A stretch of 64,000 nucleotides of DNA, from the NCBI GenBank assembly GCA_040002435.1, contig JBDUEM010000002.1:737-64736 (forward strand), given 5' to 3'. The position numbers and the translations under genes are program-made. Positions 34,996 through 43,439 of this stretch are shown in pieces. The stretch comes from Bryobacteraceae bacterium. Its GTDB lineage: Bacteria > Acidobacteriota > Terriglobia > Bryobacterales > Bryobacteraceae. Every line of letters starts with the position of its first letter. The first letter of the stretch is position 1. The notes beneath the pieces were generated by a model. That model searched no databases. It worked only from the letters and a program-made list of their open reading frames with translations, and had not been told where the DNA came from.

Positions 34996-36195
34996 TCACG
35001 CTGATTCGGTTTCCGCCAGCAGAACATATTTGATCATCGCCACGATGATAACGACTCCGATCAGATTGCCCAATGCTTCGAAACCCATCAGGCCGCGCGG
35101 ACCGAATAAGCCGTAGCCCTTGCCGTCGAACCAGGTCATGACGACGATGGGGACATTGCCTGCCGAGCAGAACAGGCTGTAGCTGGTGGCGGCGGACCTG
35201 CCTCCGGTGCCGATCACATCGAGCACCAGCGCCGTGAAGGCGGCATAGGCAATACCCAGCACAAAGAGATAAACCGAGGACCCGATGATGTAGGTGGGTG
35301 CGGTCATCGGCAGGACTGCCATTGCAAGCGAGCAGATGACGAAGAGAATGCCGGAGAGCACGTAAACTGACCGGCGCCCGATTCGATCGCAGAGTTGACC
35401 TCCGGCCAAAGATCCGACGGCGCTCAAGAGTCCGCCGGCGATGCCAGTGATCCAGGTAACCGCGAGCACGGGAGCTTTATAGTCCACGGCAACTGCCGAA
35501 AACAGATTCATCAGGGCGCCTGCGTTCACGGGCGCCAGGAAAAAAATGAGCCCGACCAGTCCGGCGCGGGATCTGAGGATCGACCAGAGATCACGGAACA
35601 TCACCCGCCATGTTTCCAGCAGCGGAATCGGCTCACGCCGCTCTTCGTAGATGAAAAATGCCGCCAGCGATGGGAGCGTGATCAGGACGGCGAGTGCGAA
35701 GGCAGTGGCACGGAGTGAAAGAACGTCCCCAAGCCAAAGCAGAACGCCGCCTCCGATGGAGACTCCGCCGACGTTTGCAAATTGGTACCAGCCGCTGGCG
35801 CGGCCGCGGAGATTCACGGGCAGCGTGGATGCCATGAGCGCTCCGTTGGCACTGGAGACCATGGTGTTCAGGGCACAGGCCAGCGTGACCAGGACAATGA
35901 AGAGGCCGAGTTCTCCAGGCAAAGGGAGCAGGAAAGCAATGCTGACGGTAATACTGGTGGCAAGCGAAGAAAGCACGAGCCAGCTGCGGCGCTTCAGTCC
36001 AAGGTCAACAATAGGAGACCACAGAAAAAAGTAGATAATCGGAATGTTCGCGGCCGCGCTTGCGGTCGCGATCTGCTCTACTCCAACGCCGGCCTTCCTG
36101 AGTAAGAAGGGCATGGCAACAGACAGAAATCCCTGGAAAATGCCGCAAGGGAGCACAGTGATCCCGAAGAGCCATGGCGGAGGGTGGCGCGGCAT
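34996..36195 (-). CDS. MFS transporter, AmpG/PAT-family-like
   Basis: 399 aa with about 12 hydrophobic segments. It has an AmpG-like 'YFFLWSPIVD' block and 'GQLCDRIGRR'. Confidence 0.75.
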   Translation of the reverse strand: MPRHPPPWLFGITVLPCGIFQGFLSVAMPFLLRKAGVGVEQIATASAAANIPIIYFFLWSPIVDLGLKRRSWLVLSSLATSITVSIAFLLPLPGELGLFIVLVTLACALNTMVSSANGALMASTLPVNLRGRASGWYQFANVGGVSIGGGVLLWLGDVLSLRATAFALAVLITLPSLAAFFIYEERREPIPLLETWRVMFRDLWSILRSRAGLVGLIFFLAPVNAGALMNLFSAVAVDYKAPVLAVTWITGIAGGLLSAVGSLAGGQLCDRIGRRSVYVLSGILFVICSLAMAVLPMTAPTYIIGSSVYLFVLGIAYAAFTALVLDVIGTGGRSAATSYSLFCSAGNVPIVVMTWFDGKGYGLFGPRGLMGFEALGNLIGVVIIVAMIKYVLLAETESA

Positions 36196-36198
36196 GGA

Positions 36199-37182
36199 CT
36201 AGTGTAGCTTGCTGCGTGAGCGCAACATCCAGATGAAGAACGGCCCCCCGAGGATCGCCGTTATCACGCCCACAGGGATCTCGGAAGGGGCCAGGATCGT
36301 CCGGGCGATGGTGTCGCAGATGGCCAGAAAGCTGGCGCCGAGGAAGAAGGAAGCGGGAAGCAAAAGACGATGATCGGCGCCGATGGTCAGCCGCAAAGCG
36401 TGGGGGACGATCAAGCCGACGAACCCAATGGGCCCGGTCAACGCCGTCACCGCCCCGGTGAGCAGAGACCCGATGAGATAGCCTGTAAGGATGAGGGTGG
36501 AGGTGGAGACTCCGCGCGTTGCCGCCCAATCCTCGCCGACGGACAGCAGGTTCCATTCGCGTGATTTCCAGAACAGGTAGGCGACCGGCGGCAGCACGGC
36601 CGCGGCCAGCCAAGCGATGGTGCTGTAAGGCACCGCGTCGATACCCCCCATCAGCCAGCGGACAATGGCGAATGACTGCCCGAAGCTGGCGAAATTTTGA
36701 AAAAAGAGGATCAGGGCCATGCAGATGCTGTTCAGGGTGATGCCGGCCATGAGCAGTGTAAAGGACGACAGCCTCCGGCTTTCCGAGGCGATCGCCATCA
36801 CCAGCAACAAAGTGAGTCCGGCGCCTAACAGGGAGGCCGGCCAAATCCGGTGGCCCCCGAGGCAGATGGCCACTACCGCGCCAAGCGATGCGCCCGATGA
36901 AACACCAAGAGTGTAGGGTGTGGCGAGGGTCTCACGCAGCAGCGCCTGAAACAGTACGCCTGCCGCGGCCAGCGCTCCCCCTGTCAGGGCGGCTAGCAGT
37001 ACTCGCGGCAGACGGACTCCGAAGAGAATCTCGGCGTCGGGAGACAGCCCGCCGATCGCGCGCGAGTAATCGATATGGGCCGATCCGATTAACGGGAGAA
37101 TCGCAATGGCCGCCAGCATCGTGCTTAATGAAAGCAGCGACGTTGCCCAGACACGCCGGGCGGTCACCTGCTTAACTTCCAT
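36199..37182 (-). CDS. FecCD/BtuC-family ABC permease (corrinoid/iron-siderophore type)
   Basis: The ORF is 36199..37227. Candidate starts are at 37182, 37203 and 37227. It has 'TLATPYTLGVSSGASLGAV', 'GPIGFVGLIVPH' and 'GVITAILGGPFFIWML'. Confidence 0.85.
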   Translation of the reverse strand: MEVKQVTARRVWATSLLSLSTMLAAIAILPLIGSAHIDYSRAIGGLSPDAEILFGVRLPRVLLAALTGGALAAAGVLFQALLRETLATPYTLGVSSGASLGAVVAICLGGHRIWPASLLGAGLTLLLVMAIASESRRLSSFTLLMAGITLNSICMALILFFQNFASFGQSFAIVRWLMGGIDAVPYSTIAWLAAAVLPPVAYLFWKSREWNLLSVGEDWAATRGVSTSTLILTGYLIGSLLTGAVTALTGPIGFVGLIVPHALRLTIGADHRLLLPASFFLGASFLAICDTIARTILAPSEIPVGVITAILGGPFFIWMLRSRSKLH

Positions 37183-37936
37183 AGTGAATCCATGGACGGC
37201 CATTCTGCGAGTGCTGAATCTCCACATCGGTAGAGAAGACGGCGCGGATGGATGCGCTGTGGATCACCTCGTCCGGTCTTCCATCGGCAACGATGGCTCC
37301 GTCGTGCAGCATGATGATGCGGTCCGCATACGCCGCCGCCAGATTAATGTCATGAGTCACGGAAATGGCGAATAACCCCTCGCGGCAGAGGTTGCGCAAG
37401 AGGCGATAGAGCGAGACCTGGTGTTCCAGATCAAGGAAGGTGGTTGGCTCATCTAGCAACAGGGCTCTGGGAGATTGCGCCAGGGCCGACGCCAGAATGA
37501 CCCGCTGCCGCTCGCCGCCGCTCAGTGTACGGAAATCGCGGCTGCGGAACTGTGAAGTGTCCGTAATTTGCATGGCATGTGCCACGGCGGCTTCGTCGGA
37601 CGCCGATTCAAACATCCCGTCACTGAACGGCATGCGTCCCATGAGGACGACCTGTTCCGCGCTGAAAGGAAACTCCACCGTCTGCAATTGCGGCACCACC
37701 GAAACGGATTGCGCAAACAGTTTGCGCGGCCACTGTGCCAGTGGTTTTTCGTCCAGCCAGCATTCCCCGCTGAAGGAACGCCGCATCCCGGACATGATGC
37801 CGAGGAGGGTGGACTTCCCCGCCCCGTTGGGGCCGATGACGGCGACCAATTCCCCGCGATCAAATGACAAAGTGACGCCGCGCAGCACTTCCGTTGTCCC
37901 ATAATGCATGCCGACGTTCTGCAGGCGGAAGATCAC
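37172..37936 (-). CDS. ABC transporter ATP-binding protein (BtuD/FecE-like)
   Basis: 254 aa with Walker A 'GPNGAGKST', signature 'LSGGERQR' and Walker B 'LLLDEPT'. Confidence 0.88.
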   Translation of the reverse strand: MIFRLQNVGMHYGTTEVLRGVTLSFDRGELVAVIGPNGAGKSTLLGIMSGMRRSFSGECWLDEKPLAQWPRKLFAQSVSVVPQLQTVEFPFSAEQVVLMGRMPFSDGMFESASDEAAVAHAMQITDTSQFRSRDFRTLSGGERQRVILASALAQSPRALLLDEPTTFLDLEHQVSLYRLLRNLCREGLFAISVTHDINLAAAYADRIIMLHDGAIVADGRPDEVIHSASIRAVFSTDVEIQHSQNGRPWIHYGS

Positions 37937-38784
37937 GGAAAGAGCTCCGGATGCAAGAAGTGGGCAAAGGCGCGGGCAAGTTCGATGACACGGGGACCGG
38001 GAACTACAAAGATCTCGGAGGCAATCGCGTGGACGCGGTTGTCGCGAACAGCAGCCACGTTGGGGTAGCGTCCCCAGAGCTTGACTACCTCGCGCTTGTG
38101 CTCTTCTGTCACACCGGTCGGGTCCGACATGTCGCCCATGTCGAGGATGACTTGCGGATTGCGCGACAGGATCTCTTCGGCCGAGATTTTCGCGTACGAG
38201 GGCGCCGCGTCTCCAAAACTATTCCGTCCGCCGGCAACCTCCATCACCTCGGTCAGGTAATTGTGACTGCCTACCGCCACCATGCCCTCCAGTGCGTTGG
38301 GAGTGCGGCCCACGATAAACACCACGGAGACCGGAGGCTTGGTCGCCGCTTTCCGGCTAACCGCGGCCAACTCCTTCGTAATAGATGCATTCAGAGTAAG
38401 GGCGGCACTCCTCGCACCGGCCGCTTCCCCAATAGCAGAGATGGCGCCCTGTATCTCAGCAATACTGTTCTGGGTGACCTCCAGGACGTTCAAATGGTAG
38501 GGTTCGAACCGGGACTTGGAATGGATGGCTGTCTTCTGCGTAATGATCAGATCGGGCTTCAGCGCCAGGATCACCTCGAGGTTTGGCTGCATGTAGGTGC
38601 CGATCTTGGCGATTTTGGCGGTTGCGGCCGGGTAATGACAGTAATTGGTAACTCCCACCACGCGGTCGCCCAAACCCAGCGCGAAAAGCGTCTCCGTGAT
38701 GCTGGGGGCAGTAGAAACGATGCGCTTCGGCTGTGCAACCAGAACAGCCGCCAGAAGCAAGAAGCAGAAGATCAATCGCATCAT
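37933..38784 (-). CDS. Periplasmic binding protein, BtuF/cobalamin-binding type (Peripla_BP_2)
   Basis: 283 aa with a signal peptide, 'RIVSTAPSITETLFALGLGDRVVGVTNYCHYP' and 'KPDLII'. Confidence 0.8.
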   Translation of the reverse strand: MMRLIFCFLLLAAVLVAQPKRIVSTAPSITETLFALGLGDRVVGVTNYCHYPAATAKIAKIGTYMQPNLEVILALKPDLIITQKTAIHSKSRFEPYHLNVLEVTQNSIAEIQGAISAIGEAAGARSAALTLNASITKELAAVSRKAATKPPVSVVFIVGRTPNALEGMVAVGSHNYLTEVMEVAGGRNSFGDAAPSYAKISAEEILSRNPQVILDMGDMSDPTGVTEEHKREVVKLWGRYPNVAAVRDNRVHAIASEIFVVPGPRVIELARAFAHFLHPELFP

Positions 38785-40244
38785 AGGTAGAGATCGTTAA
38801 ACAAGGGTATGTTGGCGCTGGTTTCAAACCATTCCGCGAGGGAATCGTAGGCTTGTTGTTTGGGCTGGCGGGGCTCCACCACAATGTCCAGAAGTTCCCG
38901 GACGATGCCGGCATTTTCCAGTGCGCCGTGCAGGTATGTCCCTACACAGTTATTTTCGCGCATCCCATCCGGCCCGTACTCCGTCTGGGCGAAAGCCATT
39001 GCGCCGTGCGGCCTCGCGGTGACGCCCATGTGGATTTCATAGGCGCTGAAAGCGACTCCGGATGGCGTTACCGCCTGCACCTGCCGGGTGGTCTTAACCG
39101 GTTCCATCACTGTGTTCACGGGAAGTAACCCCAGGCCGTTCATCTGCTTCCTGTTCGATTCAGCAGCGCCGGGATCTTCGATAGTCTCGCCCATCATTTG
39201 ATAGCCGCCGCAGATACCGATGATCCGTGCGCCGGCGGCATGTTGATTGAGGATCCAGGTATCAAGGCCGCGGTCGCGCATCCACTGCAGATCGGCCATC
39301 GTGCTCTTGGTGCCCGGAAGAATGATGCAGCGGTACTGGCGGTCAACGGGCGTCGTGATGCGGCGGATACCGCGGAGCAATTGAAAGTCCGTGATATTGG
39401 AGATGCGCGGCAGCGACACAACGGCGACATCGGCCAGGGACGGATTGGGCAGCTCGTCCATGTTGACGCCATCCTCGGCGTCGATTTCCGTGCCTGGCAA
39501 CATAGGGAACACTCCCAAACAGGGCCGCCCCGTCTTTTCTTCCAGGATGCCGACACCGTCCGCAAACAAGGCCATGTCCCCACGAAACCGGTTCACGGCA
39601 AACGCCCGGACCAGATTCCGTTCCTCTTCCGTTAGCAGACCGATGGTTCCGATAAGGGACGCGAAAATGCCCCCGCGGTCTATGTCGCCGACCAGAAGCG
39701 CCGGCGCACCCACGCGGGTGGCCAAGCCGAAGTTCACCAGGTCGCGCGACCTGAGGTTGAGCTCCGCTACGCTGCCGGCACCTTCGATCACGATGTATTC
39801 GTACTGCTGCGCAAGCCGGCTGTAGGCCGCGAGAACCTGGCCGAAAAGTTCCTCAAACTGTTCATAGTAGGTTGAGGCGCTTAGATTCCTCCATACCTTC
39901 CCGTTGAGGATAACCTGACAGCCGGAATCAGAGGACGGCTTTAGGAGGATGGGATTCATATCGCTGGTGGGTTGCACACCGCAGGCTTCCGCTTGCACCA
40001 GCTGCGCCCGGCCGATTTCCCCGCCACCTGCTAAAGGCGCCGAATTGTTGGACATATTCTGTGCCTTGAAGGGCGCCACGCGCAGGCCGCGCCGCCGGAG
40101 ATAGCGGCAGATCGCGGTGGCCATCCAACTCTTGCCGACATGCGAGGCTGTTCCCGCAACAAAAATAGATTTCGCTGATGCGCTACGCAGAATGAATCCT
40201 CTCCGGTGACCTAAGTGTAAAACAGCATGCCAACTAAGACACAA
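38781..40244 (-). CDS. cobQ: Cobyric acid synthase
   Basis: It has 'IFVAGTASHVGKSWMATAICRYLRRRGLRVAPFKAQNMSNNS' and a GATase domain 'GICGGYQMMGE'. The true start is probably downstream of 40244, where GGAGAGG precedes a CTG/ATT near 40190, so the 5' end is uncertain. Confidence 0.85.
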   Translation of the reverse strand: MCLSWHAVLHLGHRRGFILRSASAKSIFVAGTASHVGKSWMATAICRYLRRRGLRVAPFKAQNMSNNSAPLAGGGEIGRAQLVQAEACGVQPTSDMNPILLKPSSDSGCQVILNGKVWRNLSASTYYEQFEELFGQVLAAYSRLAQQYEYIVIEGAGSVAELNLRSRDLVNFGLATRVGAPALLVGDIDRGGIFASLIGTIGLLTEEERNLVRAFAVNRFRGDMALFADGVGILEEKTGRPCLGVFPMLPGTEIDAEDGVNMDELPNPSLADVAVVSLPRISNITDFQLLRGIRRITTPVDRQYRCIILPGTKSTMADLQWMRDRGLDTWILNQHAAGARIIGICGGYQMMGETIEDPGAAESNRKQMNGLGLLPVNTVMEPVKTTRQVQAVTPSGVAFSAYEIHMGVTARPHGAMAFAQTEYGPDGMRENNCVGTYLHGALENAGIVRELLDIVVEPRQPKQQAYDSLAEWFETSANIPLFNDLYL

Positions 40245-40288
40245 TTACCGCAAGGTCGCGTCCATTTCATGAGAGAGGAGGATATGGA

Positions 40289-40669
40289 ATGGTCATATCT
40301 TATGTTCGGATGTTAGCGCTAAGCGCTGTTATTGCAGCGGGAAGTGCGGTGTATGCTGCCGATGACACACCTGCCAAGGCAGACAATACCAAGAACAATC
40401 GAAAGGAGCAAGTTACCGCCGACCAGCAGAAAATGAACGCTGGCGATAGGGAACTCTCTAAAAAGGTGCGCAAGGCAATCATGGCCGACAAAACATTGTC
40501 GACCTATGCGCATAACGTGAAGGTCATCGCCCGCGATGGAATGGTCACACTGAAGGGCCCGGTCCGGTCGGACGAAGAGAAAGGCGCCGTTGAAGCAAGG
40601 GCAGTGGAAGCCGCAGGCGCTGGGAAAGTGACGAACGAACTCACCATTGCGCCAAAGAAGACTAGTTAG
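40289..40669 (+). CDS. BON-domain protein (secreted)
   Basis: 126 aa with signal 'MLALSAVIAAGSAVYA' and BON block 'NVKVIARDGMVTLKGPVRSDEEKGAVE'. The SD GAGGAGGA lies 8 nt upstream. Confidence 0.75.
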   Translation: MVISYVRMLALSAVIAAGSAVYAADDTPAKADNTKNNRKEQVTADQQKMNAGDRELSKKVRKAIMADKTLSTYAHNVKVIARDGMVTLKGPVRSDEEKGAVEARAVEAAGAGKVTNELTIAPKKTS

Positions 40670-40690
40670 TAATCAGGAGGAGAATACGAC

Positions 40691-41257
40691 ATGGCAAACA
40701 CAGCAGTTTTCGGGATATATCCCAACCGAGCAGCGGCAGAACACGCCGTAGACACACTCAAGATGGAGAATTTCCGGAATACGGATATTTCAGTCTTGCT
40801 GGCGGATAACGCGGGGTCCAAAGACTTCGCACACGAGAAGAACACAAAGGCTCCAGAAGGCGCCACGGCCGGTGCCACTTCAGGCGCGGTAACGGGCGGC
40901 ATTCTGGGTTGGCTGGCCGGAATCGGCGCATTGGCCATTCCCGGCGTGGGGCCGCTAATTGCGGCAGGTCCAATCATGGGCGCTCTGGCCGGCGCAGGTG
41001 TTTTGGGAACGGTTGGCGGCATTGTCGGCGGCCTTGTAGGTATGGGCATTCCGGAATACGAGGCCAAGCGATTCGAAGGCCGCATCAAGGAAGGCGGGGT
41101 ACTGCTGTCAGTACATTGCGACGACTCCGACTGGGTGAAGCGCGCTAAGAACATATTGGAGACCACTGGGGCACAAGACATAGCGTCGGCTGGGGAAGCC
41201 AGTGCCGACTTTGCGAAGAGCGATCGTCCCATGCCCCGGAAAACGACCGTCCTGTAG
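40691..41257 (+). CDS. General-stress-type protein (YflT-like N-terminal domain) with central glycine-zipper membrane segment
   Basis: 188 aa beginning 'AVFGIYPNRAAAEHAVDTLKMENF'. It has the Gly-zipper 'GGILGWLAGIGALAIPGVGPLIAAGPIMGALAGAGVLGTVGGIVGGLVGMG' and 'PEYEAKRFEGRIKEGGVLLSVH'. Confidence 0.6.
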   Translation: MANTAVFGIYPNRAAAEHAVDTLKMENFRNTDISVLLADNAGSKDFAHEKNTKAPEGATAGATSGAVTGGILGWLAGIGALAIPGVGPLIAAGPIMGALAGAGVLGTVGGIVGGLVGMGIPEYEAKRFEGRIKEGGVLLSVHCDDSDWVKRAKNILETTGAQDIASAGEASADFAKSDRPMPRKTTVL

Positions 41258-41274
41258 GCACCTTTACCTCTTTG

Positions 41275-43101
41275 TTACCAGGCGCTGGTCTCGCGGTATC
41301 CGTAGGGATCAGCGCCTGCTTCTATTACGCCGTTCGATAAAAAACGAATCATCACTGGAGCTGCACCGCTCGACCACCTGGTTCGAATTCCTGTCCGATG
41401 TCCACGGTCGGTCAGTTCGGAGTAGGTGTTCGCAGGAATGCGTTCATCCAGCAACAAGTCTCCTCTGTTCATCGCGTGATTGTCGAAACTCGAGACCAAG
41501 TGCCGTGTCTGGAAGCGTGGAGCTTCCAGGGCTATTTCGGCGTTCATCCCAAATTCGAATACATTCAGCAGCACCTGCAGCATGGATTGATCCTGATTGT
41601 CGCCACCCGGCGTGGACAACGTCAAATAAGGCTTTCCGTCGCGCGTCACGAGGGTAGGGCTTAGCGTCACCCGGGGGCGCTTGCCGCCGGCCAGTTCATT
41701 TGGGTGTCCTGGCACCAACAGAAAACTCTGTGCGCGCTGCGTGAGGGGGATCCCTGTATCGCCCGCAATAACGGAGGGCAACCAGGCACCTGACGGAGTG
41801 GCGGAGAACATCAGTCCATCTTTATCCACCGCGTTCACGCAGGTCGTATCCCGCGCCATCAGTTCATCGTCGATGCGTGTCCGTGCGATCTCCAGTTGAG
41901 ACGGGTGCAGGAGATGCTTGCCCTCAATCGTGCCGGGCAAGAAATTCATCGATGCCTTGTCGGTGATGTCTTTCCGTCTTTCCGCAGCGTATTCTTTCGA
42001 CAGAAGACGTTCGGCCGGTACATGAGCAAACTTCGGATCGCCATAGTAGGTATCGCGATCCGCATAAGCAAGCTTGAGCGCCTCGACCAACTTATGAATG
42101 TATTCCGTGGAATTGTAGCCTAGTGGCCGGAGATCGTATCCCTCAAGAATATTGAGGGCCTGCAGCATTACGGGGCCTTGGCTCCAGAAGCCTGGCTTGT
42201 AGACCTTAAAGCCGCGATAAGTTGTGGAGGCGGGCTCTTCCAGCTTCAAACGGAAGGCAGCCATGTCCTCGTAGCGGAGCAGCCCATTGTTGGCACGGCT
42301 GAACGCGTCTATCTTTTTGGCCACTTCTCCGCGGTAGAAGTAATCTCGAACGGCATCGATGGCGGCCGCCCGGGTTGCGCCCGCTTTGAGTGCCTTCTTC
42401 TCGGCGTCGATCATCGCACGAATCGTACGGGCCAAGTCAGGTTGAGCAAAAATCTCACCTGGAACGGGGCCCTGTCCATCTGGCATGAAGACGTGTTTAG
42501 AGGTGGGCCAGAGGTCAAAGAACCTGCGGCTGCGAGCGATTCCACCAGCGCGCGTCTCATCAGCCGGCATGCCATCGGCCAACTGCACCGCCGGCAGCAT
42601 CACTTCACTGAAGGACTTCGTACCGAACTGCTGAAGAGCGAGCAGACCCGCATCTACCATTCCGGGCACCAGCGCCGGCATCAGTCCCGCGACCGGAACA
42701 ATGCCCCGCAAGCCACCGGGCTCCAACGCAAGAAGTTCTCCGGCAACAATGCGTCGGGTGCGGAAAAATTCAGCGGTTGCAATCTTCGGCATGGTTCCCA
42801 CGCCGGCAATGGCAAACACTTTGCCTTCCTTTGATCGAATGAGAATAGGAGCTTCACCGCCGAATCCAAAGTGCGAATATTCCGCAATGGAGGCGGCGAA
42901 CATCGTGGCCACTCCCGCGTCCACGGCGTTGCCGCCTTCATGGTAGATTCGCATCCCTGCTTCGGTGGCAAATTGGGTACCACCGGCAACCGCCCCGCGG
43001 GTACCGCGTGCTGGCTGACGGACAGGAGGCTCGCTCTCCTTACGCTGCGCTACAAGAAGTAAGGCGAAGAGTGAGAGGGCGAGGCCAATTTTCCACCGCA
43101 T
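41275..43101 (-). CDS. ggt: Gamma-glutamyltransferase family protein
   Basis: 608 aa with a signal peptide, 'GGNAVDAGVA', an autoprocessing-site-like 'DTTCVNAVDKDG', 'SPGGD' and 'DPYGY'. Confidence 0.85.
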   Translation of the reverse strand: MRWKIGLALSLFALLLVAQRKESEPPVRQPARGTRGAVAGGTQFATEAGMRIYHEGGNAVDAGVATMFAASIAEYSHFGFGGEAPILIRSKEGKVFAIAGVGTMPKIATAEFFRTRRIVAGELLALEPGGLRGIVPVAGLMPALVPGMVDAGLLALQQFGTKSFSEVMLPAVQLADGMPADETRAGGIARSRRFFDLWPTSKHVFMPDGQGPVPGEIFAQPDLARTIRAMIDAEKKALKAGATRAAAIDAVRDYFYRGEVAKKIDAFSRANNGLLRYEDMAAFRLKLEEPASTTYRGFKVYKPGFWSQGPVMLQALNILEGYDLRPLGYNSTEYIHKLVEALKLAYADRDTYYGDPKFAHVPAERLLSKEYAAERRKDITDKASMNFLPGTIEGKHLLHPSQLEIARTRIDDELMARDTTCVNAVDKDGLMFSATPSGAWLPSVIAGDTGIPLTQRAQSFLLVPGHPNELAGGKRPRVTLSPTLVTRDGKPYLTLSTPGGDNQDQSMLQVLLNVFEFGMNAEIALEAPRFQTRHLVSSFDNHAMNRGDLLLDERIPANTYSELTDRGHRTGIRTRWSSGAAPVMIRFLSNGVIEAGADPYGYRETSAW

Positions 43102-43157
43102 GATTCAGTATACGGCTGTTTCCCGAGAATCACCGGTGGAATTCGTTTTAAGAGGGT

Positions 43158-43319
43158 TTAGACCCGGAGGCTGCCCATTCCGCCACCCAGGAAAAGCCAT
43201 AGCAACAGGATGACGAGTACAACGCCTCCAATTCCAAGTCCACCGCCTGCGCCGTAGCGATTGTACCCAAAGAATCCGCCACCAAACAGCAGCAGGATCA
43301 AGATCAGTAGTATCAGCAT
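43158..43319 (-). CDS. Small hydrophobic membrane protein (DUF3309-like)
   Basis: The ORF is 43158..43352. The ATG at 43319 is preceded by AAGGAGAG and gives 'MLILLILILLLFGGGFFGYNRYGAGGGLGIGGVVLVILLLWLFLGG'. Confidence 0.5.
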   Translation of the reverse strand: MLILLILILLLFGGGFFGYNRYGAGGGLGIGGVVLVILLLWLFLGGGMGSLRV

Positions 43320-43439
43320 GTTTTCGCTCTCCTTATATGCCAGCTTCCACATTCATAGACCCAAACGGCTTTAAACTGTTTCGCCTGTTGTTGTTTCACG
43401 TTGCGCGCCTGATGAGGCGTGTACTATGATCGGCTGCGT

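Noticed and set aside
40150-40300. Cobalamin riboswitch upstream of cobQ
   Set aside because: It was expected from the operon content. The non-coding space is too short for a ~200-nt element, and I could not find a B12-box-like GCCACTG or the conserved GC-rich core on the minus strand. An Infernal scan is needed to be certain.
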